From a bacterium (GTDB taxonomy: Bacteria; Patescibacteriota; Minisyncoccia; Minisyncoccales; PWPS01), in assembly GCA_018400405.1 (NCBI GenBank), contig JAGYMX010000001.1, forward strand, positions 1 through 61,084: a DNA stretch of 61,084 bases, read 5' to 3'. Shown piece after piece: positions 1 to 8,943 of this stretch. Under the pieces are notes generated by a model that saw nothing but the letters and a program-made list of their open reading frames with translations, ran no database searches and was not told where the DNA came from. How positions within the stretch are numbered: the first letter of the stretch is position 1; the number at the start of each line of letters is the position of its first letter. The position numbers and the translations under genes are program-made.

Positions 1-236
1 AAATAATGACGAAACTCGTTACAAAGTTGCGCGGTAAGTGTTTTGTTGTGACTTATTACAAGAGTAGGTTTTTGAACGCTCTCTATTGTTTTTGCGATTG
101 AATAAGTTTTTCCTGAGCCGGTTATTCCTAGAAGTGTTTGTTTATCAAAACCTCTCTTTAGTCCATCAACTAAAGAATCTATAGCCCTTGGCTGATCCCC
201 AGCAGGTTTGTATTTTGACTTAAGTTTAAATTCCAT
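1..236 (-). CDS. uvrB: Excinuclease ABC subunit B, N-terminal part (runs off window edge)
   Basis: Manual translation: [49 protein letters not shown]...[19 protein letters not shown]. Contains the UvrB PAGDQP, Walker A GSGKT and HNKTL motifs. Not in the ORF track. Confidence 0.96.
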   Translation of the reverse strand, partial: MEFKLKSKYKPAGDQPRAIDSLVDGLKRGFDKQTLLGITGSGKTYSIAKTIESVQKPTLVISHNKTLTAQLCNEFRHY

Positions 237-241
237 ACATC

Positions 242-277
242 AAAAATACCCCTCTAACTGTTTCTCTTAGGGGGTGT
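242..277 (-). terminator. Hairpin plus U-tract just upstream of uvrB (terminator of the kinase gene or uvrB leader hairpin)
   Basis: Minus strand ACACCCC-CTAA GAGAAACAG TTAG-AGGGGTAT then TTTT. Confidence 0.5.
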
Positions 278-298
278 GGTATTCTTTTAAGTTTCTAC

Positions 299-326
299 AG
301 TATAACCTTTTTTCCTTAAAATTCAA
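299..326 (-). promoter_or_regulatory. Putative sigma70 promoter for uvrB
   Basis: TTGAAT-16nt-TATACT on the minus strand. Confidence 0.45.
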
Positions 327-331
327 ATAAT

Positions 332-2524
332 TTAAGCGGGTATTTTTACAAAAAATTGTGACCCCTTACCTTTCCCTTTTGACTGAGCCCAAACCTTACC
401 TCCTTGCATTTCTATGAACTGCCTTGCAATATAAAGGCCGAGCCCGGTTCCTTGGATCCAATTCTTTTTACCTGCATCTCCTCTTGAAAAAGTTTCAAAT
501 AATTTTTTCAATTCTTCTTCGCTCATCCCCTCTCCACTATCTTCTATTTTTACAACTATCGCACTTTCTTCTTTTTCCAAAAACACTTCTACCGAACCTT
601 CGTTTGTATATTTAATGGCATTATCAATTAAATTCAGAAGAACATTTTCTGTTTTTGAAATATCAATTTGCACCTTAGGGGTTTCTGTCTCGGGCTCATG
701 GAATACAAGATCTATCTTTTTTTCATCAGAAGAAGGCCTCATTCTTTCGGCTGTTTTTCTTACAATATCTTCAATATCTGCTTCTTCTTTATTTATCTCT
801 ACCCTTCCCGCTTGAATACGAGAAACATTTAAAACGTCGTTTACTAAAGCAATAAGTCTTTCGTTTGCTTCATAAACATTTTCTAAGACACTATCTCTTT
901 TCTCTGGATCGTCATCATAAACCCCTTCTTTTATCATAGATAGATGACCCTTAATAATGCTAAGAGGAGTTCTCAGTTGATGAGAAACAATAGACATAAA
1001 CTCTGTCTTTGTCTTATCTATTCTTTGTAGCTTTTCATATGCCTTTTTAAGTTCCTTTACTTGTTCATCTACTTTTTTTTCTAAATTTTCGGACAAATCT
1101 TGAACTTCAGAATATAGCATGGCATTTTTAAAAGCAACAGAAGCCTGACTTGTAAGTCCACCTAGAAGATTTATATCTTGTTCAAAATAAGGATCTCCTG
1201 AAATTTTACTTCCCAAAACAATCATACCGAACATTTTGTCTTCTGCGAAAAGGGGCAGACAAAGCTCTGCTTCAATGTGGTGCATATTTTCTTGCAATTT
1301 TTTAATTTTCTTTCTTTCTTCTTCATCTTGAGAATCTCTCAACAAAAGAGAAAGCTCTTCATAAATAAGTATTCCTTGCTTCTTTTCTAAGTAATTGGTC
1401 AAAAAATTATCCTTCACCAAAGATATTCCGTTCTCTTCCTTAAATCCGACATTTTTCTGAATAACATATTTTTTTCTCTTTTCGTCTCTAATCAAAATCA
1501 CCACCCTATCAAGCTTCATTGTCTTTGATAATGTATGTGTAATTATAGATGCAAGTCTGTCAATGTCTAAAAATCGCGTTAAATTCTTTCCTAGTTTTGA
1601 TAATACTTTCTCATAATTATAAAAAGTATAGTAAAAATATCGTGCTCCAATTCTTTGGAAAAAATCAAAAACTTCCTTGAAAAGAGCTACTCCAATCGCA
1701 ACAGAGAAAGAAACAGCTATTTTTTGAGAAAGCTCAGGAAAAAGATTTTCAACTACAATAAATGAAGAAGTTCCAACAAGGATCACCAAAAGAAAAGAAG
1801 CAAAATAAATAATCCCCCTCCCTAAGGCGAGCCGAATGTCCATGAGACGATATCTTAAGATAGCGTATGTAGTAAAGCCAACCCAAAGCATTGTAGAGAC
1901 TTGCCCCGCCCAATTGAGACTTGTATTTTCCATCCATGGCATCAACAGATTCGTTATAAAAGCGATATTAGCCGATATAAAAAATCCAATAAAGACGTAT
2001 CTAAGTTGTGCTCTGTAAAGACCTGATGATTTTCTATAGGAATTAAATAAATTCCAGAAACCAAGAAAAAAATAAATTAAAATATAACAAATATAGGCTA
2101 AATAGAGAGATCCAAATATTATTGTATTTTCTTCCGAGTAATTAACTGTTACACTCTCTATTATTTCATTACTAAAAAGAATTAAAAATATTAGTATTAT
2201 ATTTGGAGCAAATATTAATGCGGTCTTTATCTTGTCTAATTTGAAAATGCCAAAAGGAAATATATAAGTAAACAAGAGAAAAGAACTAGAGATCATTGTT
2301 GCGCTAATATAAAGAATTCTAGACCAAAACAAAACAGAGTCTTCTGTAGCTCCTCTGTAAACGATCATACAAACCGTCCACAAGATAACAAAAAAAACAA
2401 CCACTCCGTAAGAGGTATTGTTAATGTTTCCTTTTGCCCTGCTACCTATCAAAAAAAGCATTACACTGTTTAAAAAAACAGTAAAAAGCAAAAGAATAGA
2501 TATATAGTCAAAAATCAAATTCAT
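332..2524 (-). CDS. Membrane sensor histidine kinase (N-terminal multi-TM HisKA_7TM-like region, GAF, HisKA, HATPase_c)
   Basis: About 9 hydrophobic segments in the first ~285 aa, a GAF-like segment (LPLF...GMIVLG.K.SGDPY), H-box SHQLRTPL, N-box NLIDNAIKY, G boxes DSGEG, GTGLGL and GKGSQF. Confidence 0.93.
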   Translation of the reverse strand: MNLIFDYISILLLFTVFLNSVMLFLIGSRAKGNINNTSYGVVVFFVILWTVCMIVYRGATEDSVLFWSRILYISATMISSSFLLFTYIFPFGIFKLDKIKTALIFAPNIILIFLILFSNEIIESVTVNYSEENTIIFGSLYLAYICYILIYFFLGFWNLFNSYRKSSGLYRAQLRYVFIGFFISANIAFITNLLMPWMENTSLNWAGQVSTMLWVGFTTYAILRYRLMDIRLALGRGIIYFASFLLVILVGTSSFIVVENLFPELSQKIAVSFSVAIGVALFKEVFDFFQRIGARYFYYTFYNYEKVLSKLGKNLTRFLDIDRLASIITHTLSKTMKLDRVVILIRDEKRKKYVIQKNVGFKEENGISLVKDNFLTNYLEKKQGILIYEELSLLLRDSQDEEERKKIKKLQENMHHIEAELCLPLFAEDKMFGMIVLGSKISGDPYFEQDINLLGGLTSQASVAFKNAMLYSEVQDLSENLEKKVDEQVKELKKAYEKLQRIDKTKTEFMSIVSHQLRTPLSIIKGHLSMIKEGVYDDDPEKRDSVLENVYEANERLIALVNDVLNVSRIQAGRVEINKEEADIEDIVRKTAERMRPSSDEKKIDLVFHEPETETPKVQIDISKTENVLLNLIDNAIKYTNEGSVEVFLEKEESAIVVKIEDSGEGMSEEELKKLFETFSRGDAGKKNWIQGTGLGLYIARQFIEMQGGKVWAQSKGKGKGSQFFVKIPA

Positions 2525-2572
2525 CTATAATTTATTTTTTTGTCGGATTCTAGAATTGTATGCTTTTTTAAT

Positions 2573-2611
2573 AAAAAAATAAAGAGGAAAGTTACTAGAA
2601 CCATCCTCTTT
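2573..2611 (-). terminator. Probable intrinsic terminator after the 305-aa gene
   Basis: Minus strand AAAGAGGA...TCCTCTTT stem followed by ATTTTTTT. Confidence 0.55.
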
Positions 2612-2614
2612 TTG

Positions 2615-3532
2615 TTACAATTTTCTTACTACAACATTGTAATTTCCGTCTTCTGGCCAAAAAGACGAACAACAAGGGATCCCTCCTCTGTATCCCTTAG
2701 GGAATGATGGCCAAGCGCCTCCTTTTGAACCCACTATGTGGTAGCAAGGAATATTTTTCCCTGCCATTTTTCTTAATTCACTTTCTTTTGGTTCGGGATA
2801 AACTTCATTTAATACTACAATCCCTTCCCAAAGATAAGGAATATACTCTTTGAGCACACCCTTTTTAGTAAGATTAAGAACAATCGCCGGTTCCCCTTTT
2901 TTGTTTTTCACAAATTTATGAAAACGATCCTTATCTTCAATGTCAAAAGAAAAAGAATTTTTTATTTCTTTCTTCACTGCAGATCCAATAAAACCATTTC
3001 CACCTAAAATAATAAGAGGAACATTTTCCATATTCTCAATTTTTTTTACTTTTTCTACAGCAAGTAGAACTGCTTTTGCAGTGACTTCTCTCTCTGGAGA
3101 TTTGGCTATAATCTTTTTAGAAAATAATATCCCTGGAAGGATACCGGCAAAAGTTTTTTGTTCTGCATTTATTGCTTTCTTGATCTTTTCCAGTTTTCTT
3201 TCAATGTCCTTGAGATTTTCTATATTCTCTTTTTTTAGAAAATCTTTTTCAGTAGCAGAGATACCGAAAATAAAGCCTATTTTTTTATTTTGCCACAAAA
3301 TACCCACTAATCGTGGTCTCCACTTCATCTGTCTTTCATACCACGGATAAACATATGCTCTACTATATTTGCTGTTGGCCGGGTATAGCATGAAAATGTT
3401 TTTTACTTTTTTTGTGTGTTTGTTAATAAATCCCACAAAATGGTAAAAAAGAAAATGGCCAAACAAAAGATTGAGAACAATTACTCCGATTTTTCTTCCG
3501 TGCCCAATTAAAAGTCTTTTCACTATCATCAC
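2615..3532 (-). CDS. Hypothetical protein with a Rossmann-type NAD(P)-binding motif (start GTG 3532 or ATG 3529)
   Basis: LIILGGNGFIGSAV (GxxGxxG) in mid-protein and C-terminal GGIPCC. SD-like AAGGAAG upstream. Confidence 0.7.
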   Translation of the reverse strand: MMIVKRLLIGHGRKIGVIVLNLLFGHFLFYHFVGFINKHTKKVKNIFMLYPANSKYSRAYVYPWYERQMKWRPRLVGILWQNKKIGFIFGISATEKDFLKKENIENLKDIERKLEKIKKAINAEQKTFAGILPGILFSKKIIAKSPEREVTAKAVLLAVEKVKKIENMENVPLIILGGNGFIGSAVKKEIKNSFSFDIEDKDRFHKFVKNKKGEPAIVLNLTKKGVLKEYIPYLWEGIVVLNEVYPEPKESELRKMAGKNIPCYHIVGSKGGAWPSFPKGYRGGIPCCSSFWPEDGNYNVVVRKL

Positions 3533-3605
3533 TTCCTTTCTGTTTTGAGATATGGAAATATCTTTACAATTTTAAAAAAGAACAATACCTTTTTTAGGTA
3601 TCTCT

Positions 3606-3634
3606 ATTATAATACAAGAAATGCTTCTTGTCAA
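3606..3634 (-). promoter_or_regulatory. Consensus sigma70 promoter with embedded palindromic operator
   Basis: TTGACA-17nt-TATAAT. Perfect inverted repeat ACAAGAA-N4-TTCTTGT at 3614-3631 overlaps the -35 and the spacer. Confidence 0.75.
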
Positions 3635-3781
3635 AGAAAATTATTCAATTTCATGCTTAAATTCAATAATTTTTCTGTAAATCTAAATAAAGCTGGGGAC
3701 CATAACTTAATCACTTTAAATTTTTTCTCATTCAAAATTTGTTTTTTAACACGCAATCATGTTCCCTTGAAGCTATGGGGG

Positions 3782-3809
3782 TTGAAAGTAATAAGTTTTG
3801 TTATATAAT
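3782..3809 (+). promoter_or_regulatory. Putative promoter for the glyQS leader
   Basis: TTGAAA-16nt-TATAAT. It could instead be part of a longer T-box Stem I. Confidence 0.5.
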
Positions 3810-3815
3810 GTTCTT

Positions 3816-3974
3816 AATATTTAGCTTGGGGGAGATTGGAACCCCCTCACAACACAACTTAAGTAAAGCTAAATTAATTGAGGTGGTCTTGCAAAACGCA
3901 AGGCAAGCTAGATGGAACCGCGGGAAAACTCGTTCTAGCAACCAATCTTTTTGGTTGTTTAAACGAGTTTTTTT
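3816..3974 (+). promoter_or_regulatory. T-box riboswitch (glycine) with antiterminator/terminator; 5' boundary uncertain
   Basis: Antiterminator GCTAGA-TGGAACC-GCGGG-AAAA-CTCGT-TCTAGC (3907-3939). Competing terminator AAACTCGTT...AACGAGTTT plus T-tract (3926-3974). Stem III GTCTTGC/GCAAGGC. UGGA bulge matches tRNA-Gly UCCA. Directly upstream of GlyRS. Confidence 0.88.
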
Positions 3975-3995
3975 ATTAACTAAGCGCTAAAAAAT

Positions 3996-5390
3996 ATGAA
4001 TAACAAAAACAATTCTTTAGAGAAAATGGCTTCTTTTTGTAAAAGAAGAGGTTTTGCGTTCCCCTCTTCGGAAATCTATGGTGGTCTTGCCGCAATTTAC
4101 GATTACGGGCATTACGGAACACTTTTAAAAAACAATATTCGTGACGCGTGGTGGAAACATATGGTTCAGCTTAGAGAAGATGTTTACGGCTTAGATAGTG
4201 CTATTTTTATGCACCCTGAAACGTGGGTTGCTTCCGGACACGTTGAAGGATTTGATGATCCTCGGGTAGATTGTCAAAAATGCCATCAAAGAATGAGAGC
4301 CGATCATATTTTGGAAAGCTTTGGAATAAAGGCAGACAAGGCCCCTCTTGATTTTATTAATAAAGAGCTTGAAAAATTAAAAAAGAAAAAAAAGATAAAA
4401 TGTGTAAACTGTGGTTCTACTGAGATCACTCCCGCAAAACAGTTTTCTTTAATGATAAAGTCAAACCTCGGATCACCCACGGATGAGCTTTCCGAAGAAA
4501 ATGTTGTTTATTTAAGACCAGAAACTTGCGGAGGGATTTACCTTGAGTATAAAAATATGCTTGACACTGTTCATCCGAAACTCCCTTTTGGAATTGCGCA
4601 AATTGGAAAAGCATTTCGCAATGAAATTGTCGCCAGACAGTTTATTTTTAGAACTCGAGAATTTGAACAGATGGAGATGCAATACTTTTTACATCCAAAA
4701 GAGATGAAGAAAAATTATGAAATGTGGAAAGATATTCGTTTTAAATGGTATTTAAATTACGGAATTCCTAAAAATAGATTAAGATGGCACAAGCATGAAG
4801 TTCTCTCTCACTATGCTTCTATGGCTTATGATATAGAGTTTGAATTTTCTTCTCTCCAAGGGTTTAAAGAGATTGAAGGAGTCCATGCCAGGGGTGATTG
4901 GGATCTCTCTCAACACGGAAAATATTCTGGAGTAGATTTTACTTATACCGATGAAAAAACAGGCGAAAAGTTCATCCCTCACATTATGGAAACTTCTGCT
5001 GGATTAAATCGACTCTTTTTGATGTTTATTGACAGTGCTTATACTGAAGAGAATGTAGGGGGAGAAAAACGTGTTGTTTTAAAACTCCACAAAAAGTTGT
5101 CTCCTATAAAAATTGCTATTTTCCCACTTCTTCGAAAGAAAAAAGAACTGGTAAATGTGGGACAAAAAATACATGAAGAGATAAGAAAAAAATGGATGTG
5201 TGAATTTGATACAACCGGCAGCATAGGAAAAAGATACCGTCGTCAAGACGAAATAGGAACTCCGTATTGTATCACTGTAGATTTTCAAACTTTAGACGAC
5301 AATTCTGTAACTGTAAGAGAAAGAGATACAATGAAGCAAGAAAGAGTAAAAATAGAAAATTTAGAAGATTACTTTTTAAAAAAATTATAA
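3996..5390 (+). CDS. glyQS: Glycine--tRNA ligase, alpha2 (homodimeric) type
   Basis: CKRRGF.FPSSEIYGG, YLRPET, FRNEI...FRTREFEQME, GSIGKRYRRQDEIGTP. Confidence 0.97.
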   Translation: MNNKNNSLEKMASFCKRRGFAFPSSEIYGGLAAIYDYGHYGTLLKNNIRDAWWKHMVQLREDVYGLDSAIFMHPETWVASGHVEGFDDPRVDCQKCHQRMRADHILESFGIKADKAPLDFINKELEKLKKKKKIKCVNCGSTEITPAKQFSLMIKSNLGSPTDELSEENVVYLRPETCGGIYLEYKNMLDTVHPKLPFGIAQIGKAFRNEIVARQFIFRTREFEQMEMQYFLHPKEMKKNYEMWKDIRFKWYLNYGIPKNRLRWHKHEVLSHYASMAYDIEFEFSSLQGFKEIEGVHARGDWDLSQHGKYSGVDFTYTDEKTGEKFIPHIMETSAGLNRLFLMFIDSAYTEENVGGEKRVVLKLHKKLSPIKIAIFPLLRKKKELVNVGQKIHEEIRKKWMCEFDTTGSIGKRYRRQDEIGTPYCITVDFQTLDDNSVTVRERDTMKQERVKIENLEDYFLKKL

Positions 5391-8147
5391 TTTCAAAGAA
5401 TATCTTTTTTTTGAGAAAAAATTATAAGTAAGTTTATACACCTCTCCCAAGAAAAGAACAGAGGAAGAGAGAACAATAAAAAGCAACATCTCTTCAAGTT
5501 TAAGCTCTCCAAAGCCAAGAACCTCCCGGAAAAAAGAATTTTCTATGGCAATAATTTGCAACACCGTTGCTCCCAAAAAAGCAAGTATCATATATTTGTT
5601 AGAAAAAAGTCCTATACGAAACACTGAGTTACGTAAAGAGCGCATATTCACAGCATTAAAAAGCTGAGTAAATGCCATTACTGTAAAAACCCCCGCTCTT
5701 GCCCTCCCCAAATCTCCTTCTCCACCTTGATAAATCATATTGAAAACAAAAACACTTGCTAATGTCATAACTACTGCCATAAGAATGAAAAAAGGAATAA
5801 TTTCTAAAGTAAGAATATTTTCTTTTTTGTTCCTCGGAGATTGCTTTAAGACCTCTCCATGTCCAGGCTCCACTGCAAGGGGAAATCCCGCTACACTGTC
5901 TGTGATAAGGTTAAGCCACAAAATCTGTGTTGGGAGGAGAGGAAGAGGAAAGTGAAGCAGGATGGCAGTAATAAGAGTTGCATCTTCTGCAAAGTTCGTG
6001 GTAACGAGAAAAGAACTTGTCTGTCTTGTATTTGTAAAGACAATCCTCCCTTCTTCTATCGCGTTTACAATAGAAGCAAAATTATCGTCAGCAAGAATTA
6101 TATCTCCTGCTTCTTTAGTAACATCCGTTCCCGCAACACCCATCGCGATACCAATGTCCGCTTGTTTTACGGCAGGAGCATCGTTTATTCCATCTCCAGT
6201 CATTGCAACTACCGCCCCATATTTTTCTTGAAGGGTTTTTGCAATTCTAAGCTTCATTCTTGGTGTAAGGCGTGCAAAAACATCTACTTTTAAAACAGCT
6301 TCCTCGAATTCTTTTTTATTCATCGCAAAAAGTTCCTTTTGCGTAAAAGCTTTTTCTTCTCCTTCTTCTAAAAGTCCTACCTCTTTGGCAATAGCAACTG
6401 CTGTTCCTTTATGATCGCCTGTTGTCATTACCACTCTTATCCCCGCCCCTCTTGCTTTCAAAATAGCTTTTTTTACTCCTGGTCTTGGTGGATCGATCAT
6501 TCCCACTACTCCAACAAAAGTTAAATTATCAACATCTTCACGCGTAAGATCTTCTGTGTTTTTTTCTATTTTACAAAAAGCAATACCAATGGTTCTCATT
6601 GCGTTTCCCGTTAATCGATCAACTTTTTTTAATATTTTTTCTTTTTCTTCTTTGCTGATTTCTCTTATCTTTTCTCCGTCTTGCACAAAAGATGCTTTTT
6701 CTACTACCTCTTCTGGGGCACCAACTACATAAACCTGTTTTTCTTCTTTTTCTCCTAAAAGAACAGATAAAGATGCCCGATACTTAAATTTTGAACTAAA
6801 GGGCATATCATCTACCTTTTTTTCTTTTTCATGAATTATTTCTTTTTTAAGCCCCGCTTTTTGTGCAAGAACAACGAGCGATGCTTCCGTGGGGTCACCA
6901 ACTACATCATATTTTTTTTCTCCTTCTTTTTTCGTAATATCTGCTTCATTGCAAACACCGGCGATATGCAAAAGTTTTTTTAGATCCGCTGTTTCTAATG
7001 GATTTATCTCTTCTTCATTTTTAATAAATTTTCCTTCGGGAACCCACCCCTCTCCAGTAACTTCTATTTCCGTGCCATTGGCAAGAACAATTTTTCTTAC
7101 ATTCATTGTATTTTGAGTGAGAGTTCCTGTTTTATCAGTTACTATATGATTGGCAATCCCCAACGCCTCAGTAGCAGAAAGCTTTCGTATAATTGCATTT
7201 CTTTTTGCCATTCTTGTCGCTCCAATTGCCAAAACTACAGACAAAATAGCAGGAAGCCCTTCCGGAATACCAGAAACAAGAGAAGCAATAGAAAAAAGGA
7301 GTGTTTCCTGAAAATTTTCAGAAAGAGAAATTATTTCACTAAATTTTATTTTTCGAACAAAAATAGAAAGAAAAAAAATAATGCCCGCTCCTCCAAAAGC
7401 AAAAAAAGCCATCTGTTTTGCTAACATGCTTATCTTTTCTTCGAAATGGCCTCCCCTCCTTTTTATATTACCAATATCTTTCGCAATAACTCCAAAAGCT
7501 GTTTTGCTTCCCGTAGATGTCACTACCCCTTTTGCTTTTCCACCAACAACAAAAGTTCCCATCCACGCCATATTCTTCATATCTCCCATGTCTGTATCTT
7601 CTTCCAGTTTTTTCGTGTATTTTTCTACTGGAAGAGATTCCCCAGTAAGTGAGGATTCGTTTGTTCGAAAATTTTTTATATAAAAAAGACGCATATCCGC
7701 AGGAATGCGAGTTCCTTCTTCTAAAAAAACGACATCTCCAGGAACAACATGCTCCGCAGGAAGTTCTGTTAACCGTCCTTCTCGATAAACACGAGCAATA
7801 GGAACAATCATTTTTTTTAATGCCTGGATTGCCTTCTCCGCACGATATTCTTGGAAAAATCCAAGAACAGCATTGAGTAGAAGAACTGTTAAAATAACAT
7901 AAACATCTATCATTTTATGAAAAAGTGCGGAAATAACAGCAGCAAAAATAAGGACATACACTAGTCCGTTCTGAAACTGTTTCAAAAAAATAACAAGAGG
8001 ACTTATCCCTTTTTTTTCTTCTATCTTGTTTAGACCAAAATCTTCTAATCTATCTTCCGCTTTTTTTTGAGAAATTCCATCTTCCCCAGAAGAAAGAATT
8101 CTAAAAACATCTTCTTTTTCAAGAGCATGCCACTTCTTTTTCTCCAT
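5385..8147 (-). CDS. P-type cation-transporting ATPase (type IIA, Ca2+-ATPase-like)
   Basis: LTGES, IPEGLP, DKTGTLT, DPPR, TGD, GDGINDAPA and QILWLNL motifs; ~10 TM segments. Confidence 0.95.
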   Translation of the reverse strand: MEKKKWHALEKEDVFRILSSGEDGISQKKAEDRLEDFGLNKIEEKKGISPLVIFLKQFQNGLVYVLIFAAVISALFHKMIDVYVILTVLLLNAVLGFFQEYRAEKAIQALKKMIVPIARVYREGRLTELPAEHVVPGDVVFLEEGTRIPADMRLFYIKNFRTNESSLTGESLPVEKYTKKLEEDTDMGDMKNMAWMGTFVVGGKAKGVVTSTGSKTAFGVIAKDIGNIKRRGGHFEEKISMLAKQMAFFAFGGAGIIFFLSIFVRKIKFSEIISLSENFQETLLFSIASLVSGIPEGLPAILSVVLAIGATRMAKRNAIIRKLSATEALGIANHIVTDKTGTLTQNTMNVRKIVLANGTEIEVTGEGWVPEGKFIKNEEEINPLETADLKKLLHIAGVCNEADITKKEGEKKYDVVGDPTEASLVVLAQKAGLKKEIIHEKEKKVDDMPFSSKFKYRASLSVLLGEKEEKQVYVVGAPEEVVEKASFVQDGEKIREISKEEKEKILKKVDRLTGNAMRTIGIAFCKIEKNTEDLTREDVDNLTFVGVVGMIDPPRPGVKKAILKARGAGIRVVMTTGDHKGTAVAIAKEVGLLEEGEEKAFTQKELFAMNKKEFEEAVLKVDVFARLTPRMKLRIAKTLQEKYGAVVAMTGDGINDAPAVKQADIGIAMGVAGTDVTKEAGDIILADDNFASIVNAIEEGRIVFTNTRQTSSFLVTTNFAEDATLITAILLHFPLPLLPTQILWLNLITDSVAGFPLAVEPGHGEVLKQSPRNKKENILTLEIIPFFILMAVVMTLASVFVFNMIYQGGEGDLGRARAGVFTVMAFTQLFNAVNMRSLRNSVFRIGLFSNKYMILAFLGATVLQIIAIENSFFREVLGFGELKLEEMLLFIVLSSSVLFLGEVYKLTYNFFSKKRYSLKL

Positions 8148-8210
8148 AACTTTAAAATATTTTTATTACAAACTTTTATTAAAGCGATAATAAAAAGCCA
8201 AATATACAAA

Positions 8211-8873
8211 CTATTTAATAATTTTTCCTCTTTTTTTCCTCCACTCTTCTATTTTTTTATGATTTCCCGAAAGTAAAACGGCAGGAACCTTTCTGTCTTT
8301 TTCTTCTATCTTTAAATGCTCCGGTCTTGTGTATCGAGGATACTCTAAAAAACCATCTTTAACTTTTCTTTTTCCTAAAAAATCTTTTCTTCCTACAACA
8401 CCTGGAAAAAGTCGGGAAACAGATTCTAAAACAACCATAGCAGGAACCTCTCCACCCATAAGAACATAGTTCCCGATAGACATTTCTTCATCAGCAATAT
8501 ATTTTGCCACTCTTTCGTCAACCCCTTCATATCTTCCGCAGATCATAATAATCTGTCTATATCCTGAAAGATTTGTCGCTTTCCTTTGTGTAAATTTTTT
8601 TCCGCGAGGCGTGAAAAGAATAACCTTTTTTTTGCTACTTCCTTTTCTTTTTATCTCCTTAACCGCTTTATATATCGGATCCGGTTTCATCACCATCCCA
8701 TTCCCCCCGCCAAAGGGCTTATCATCTACTGTTTGATGTACATCCTCTGCCCATTTTCTTAAATCATGGATATAAACTTCAAAAATACCTTTTTCCCGAG
8801 CTTTTTTTATCAAGCTTTCTTTTAGATAAGATTCAAAAATAGAAGGAAAGATGGTGATAATGTCAAAACGCAT
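8211..8873 (-). CDS. trmD: tRNA (guanine37-N1)-methyltransferase
   Basis: VDDKPFGGG.GMVM, CGRYEGVDERV, SIGNYVLMGGE, YTRP, LLSGNH. Confidence 0.97.
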   Translation of the reverse strand: MRFDIITIFPSIFESYLKESLIKKAREKGIFEVYIHDLRKWAEDVHQTVDDKPFGGGNGMVMKPDPIYKAVKEIKRKGSSKKKVILFTPRGKKFTQRKATNLSGYRQIIMICGRYEGVDERVAKYIADEEMSIGNYVLMGGEVPAMVVLESVSRLFPGVVGRKDFLGKRKVKDGFLEYPRYTRPEHLKIEEKDRKVPAVLLSGNHKKIEEWRKKRGKIIK

Positions 8874-8892
8874 ATTTAATAAAACAACTAAA

Positions 8893-8925
8893 AAACGGTG
8901 CTATTAAAACATAATAGCACCGTTT
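8893..8925 (-). terminator. Intrinsic terminator between khpA and trmD
   Basis: Perfect 13-bp stem AAACGGTGCTATT/AATAGCACCGTTT with a 7-nt loop, ending in a T-run on the minus strand. Confidence 0.75.
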
Positions 8926-8943
8926 AACAAATTTGTGAAAGCT

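Noticed and set aside
3545..3990. ORFs 3545..3808 and 3739..3990 (+)
   Set aside because: They overlap promoters and the T-box leader, have TTG starts and show no protein features.
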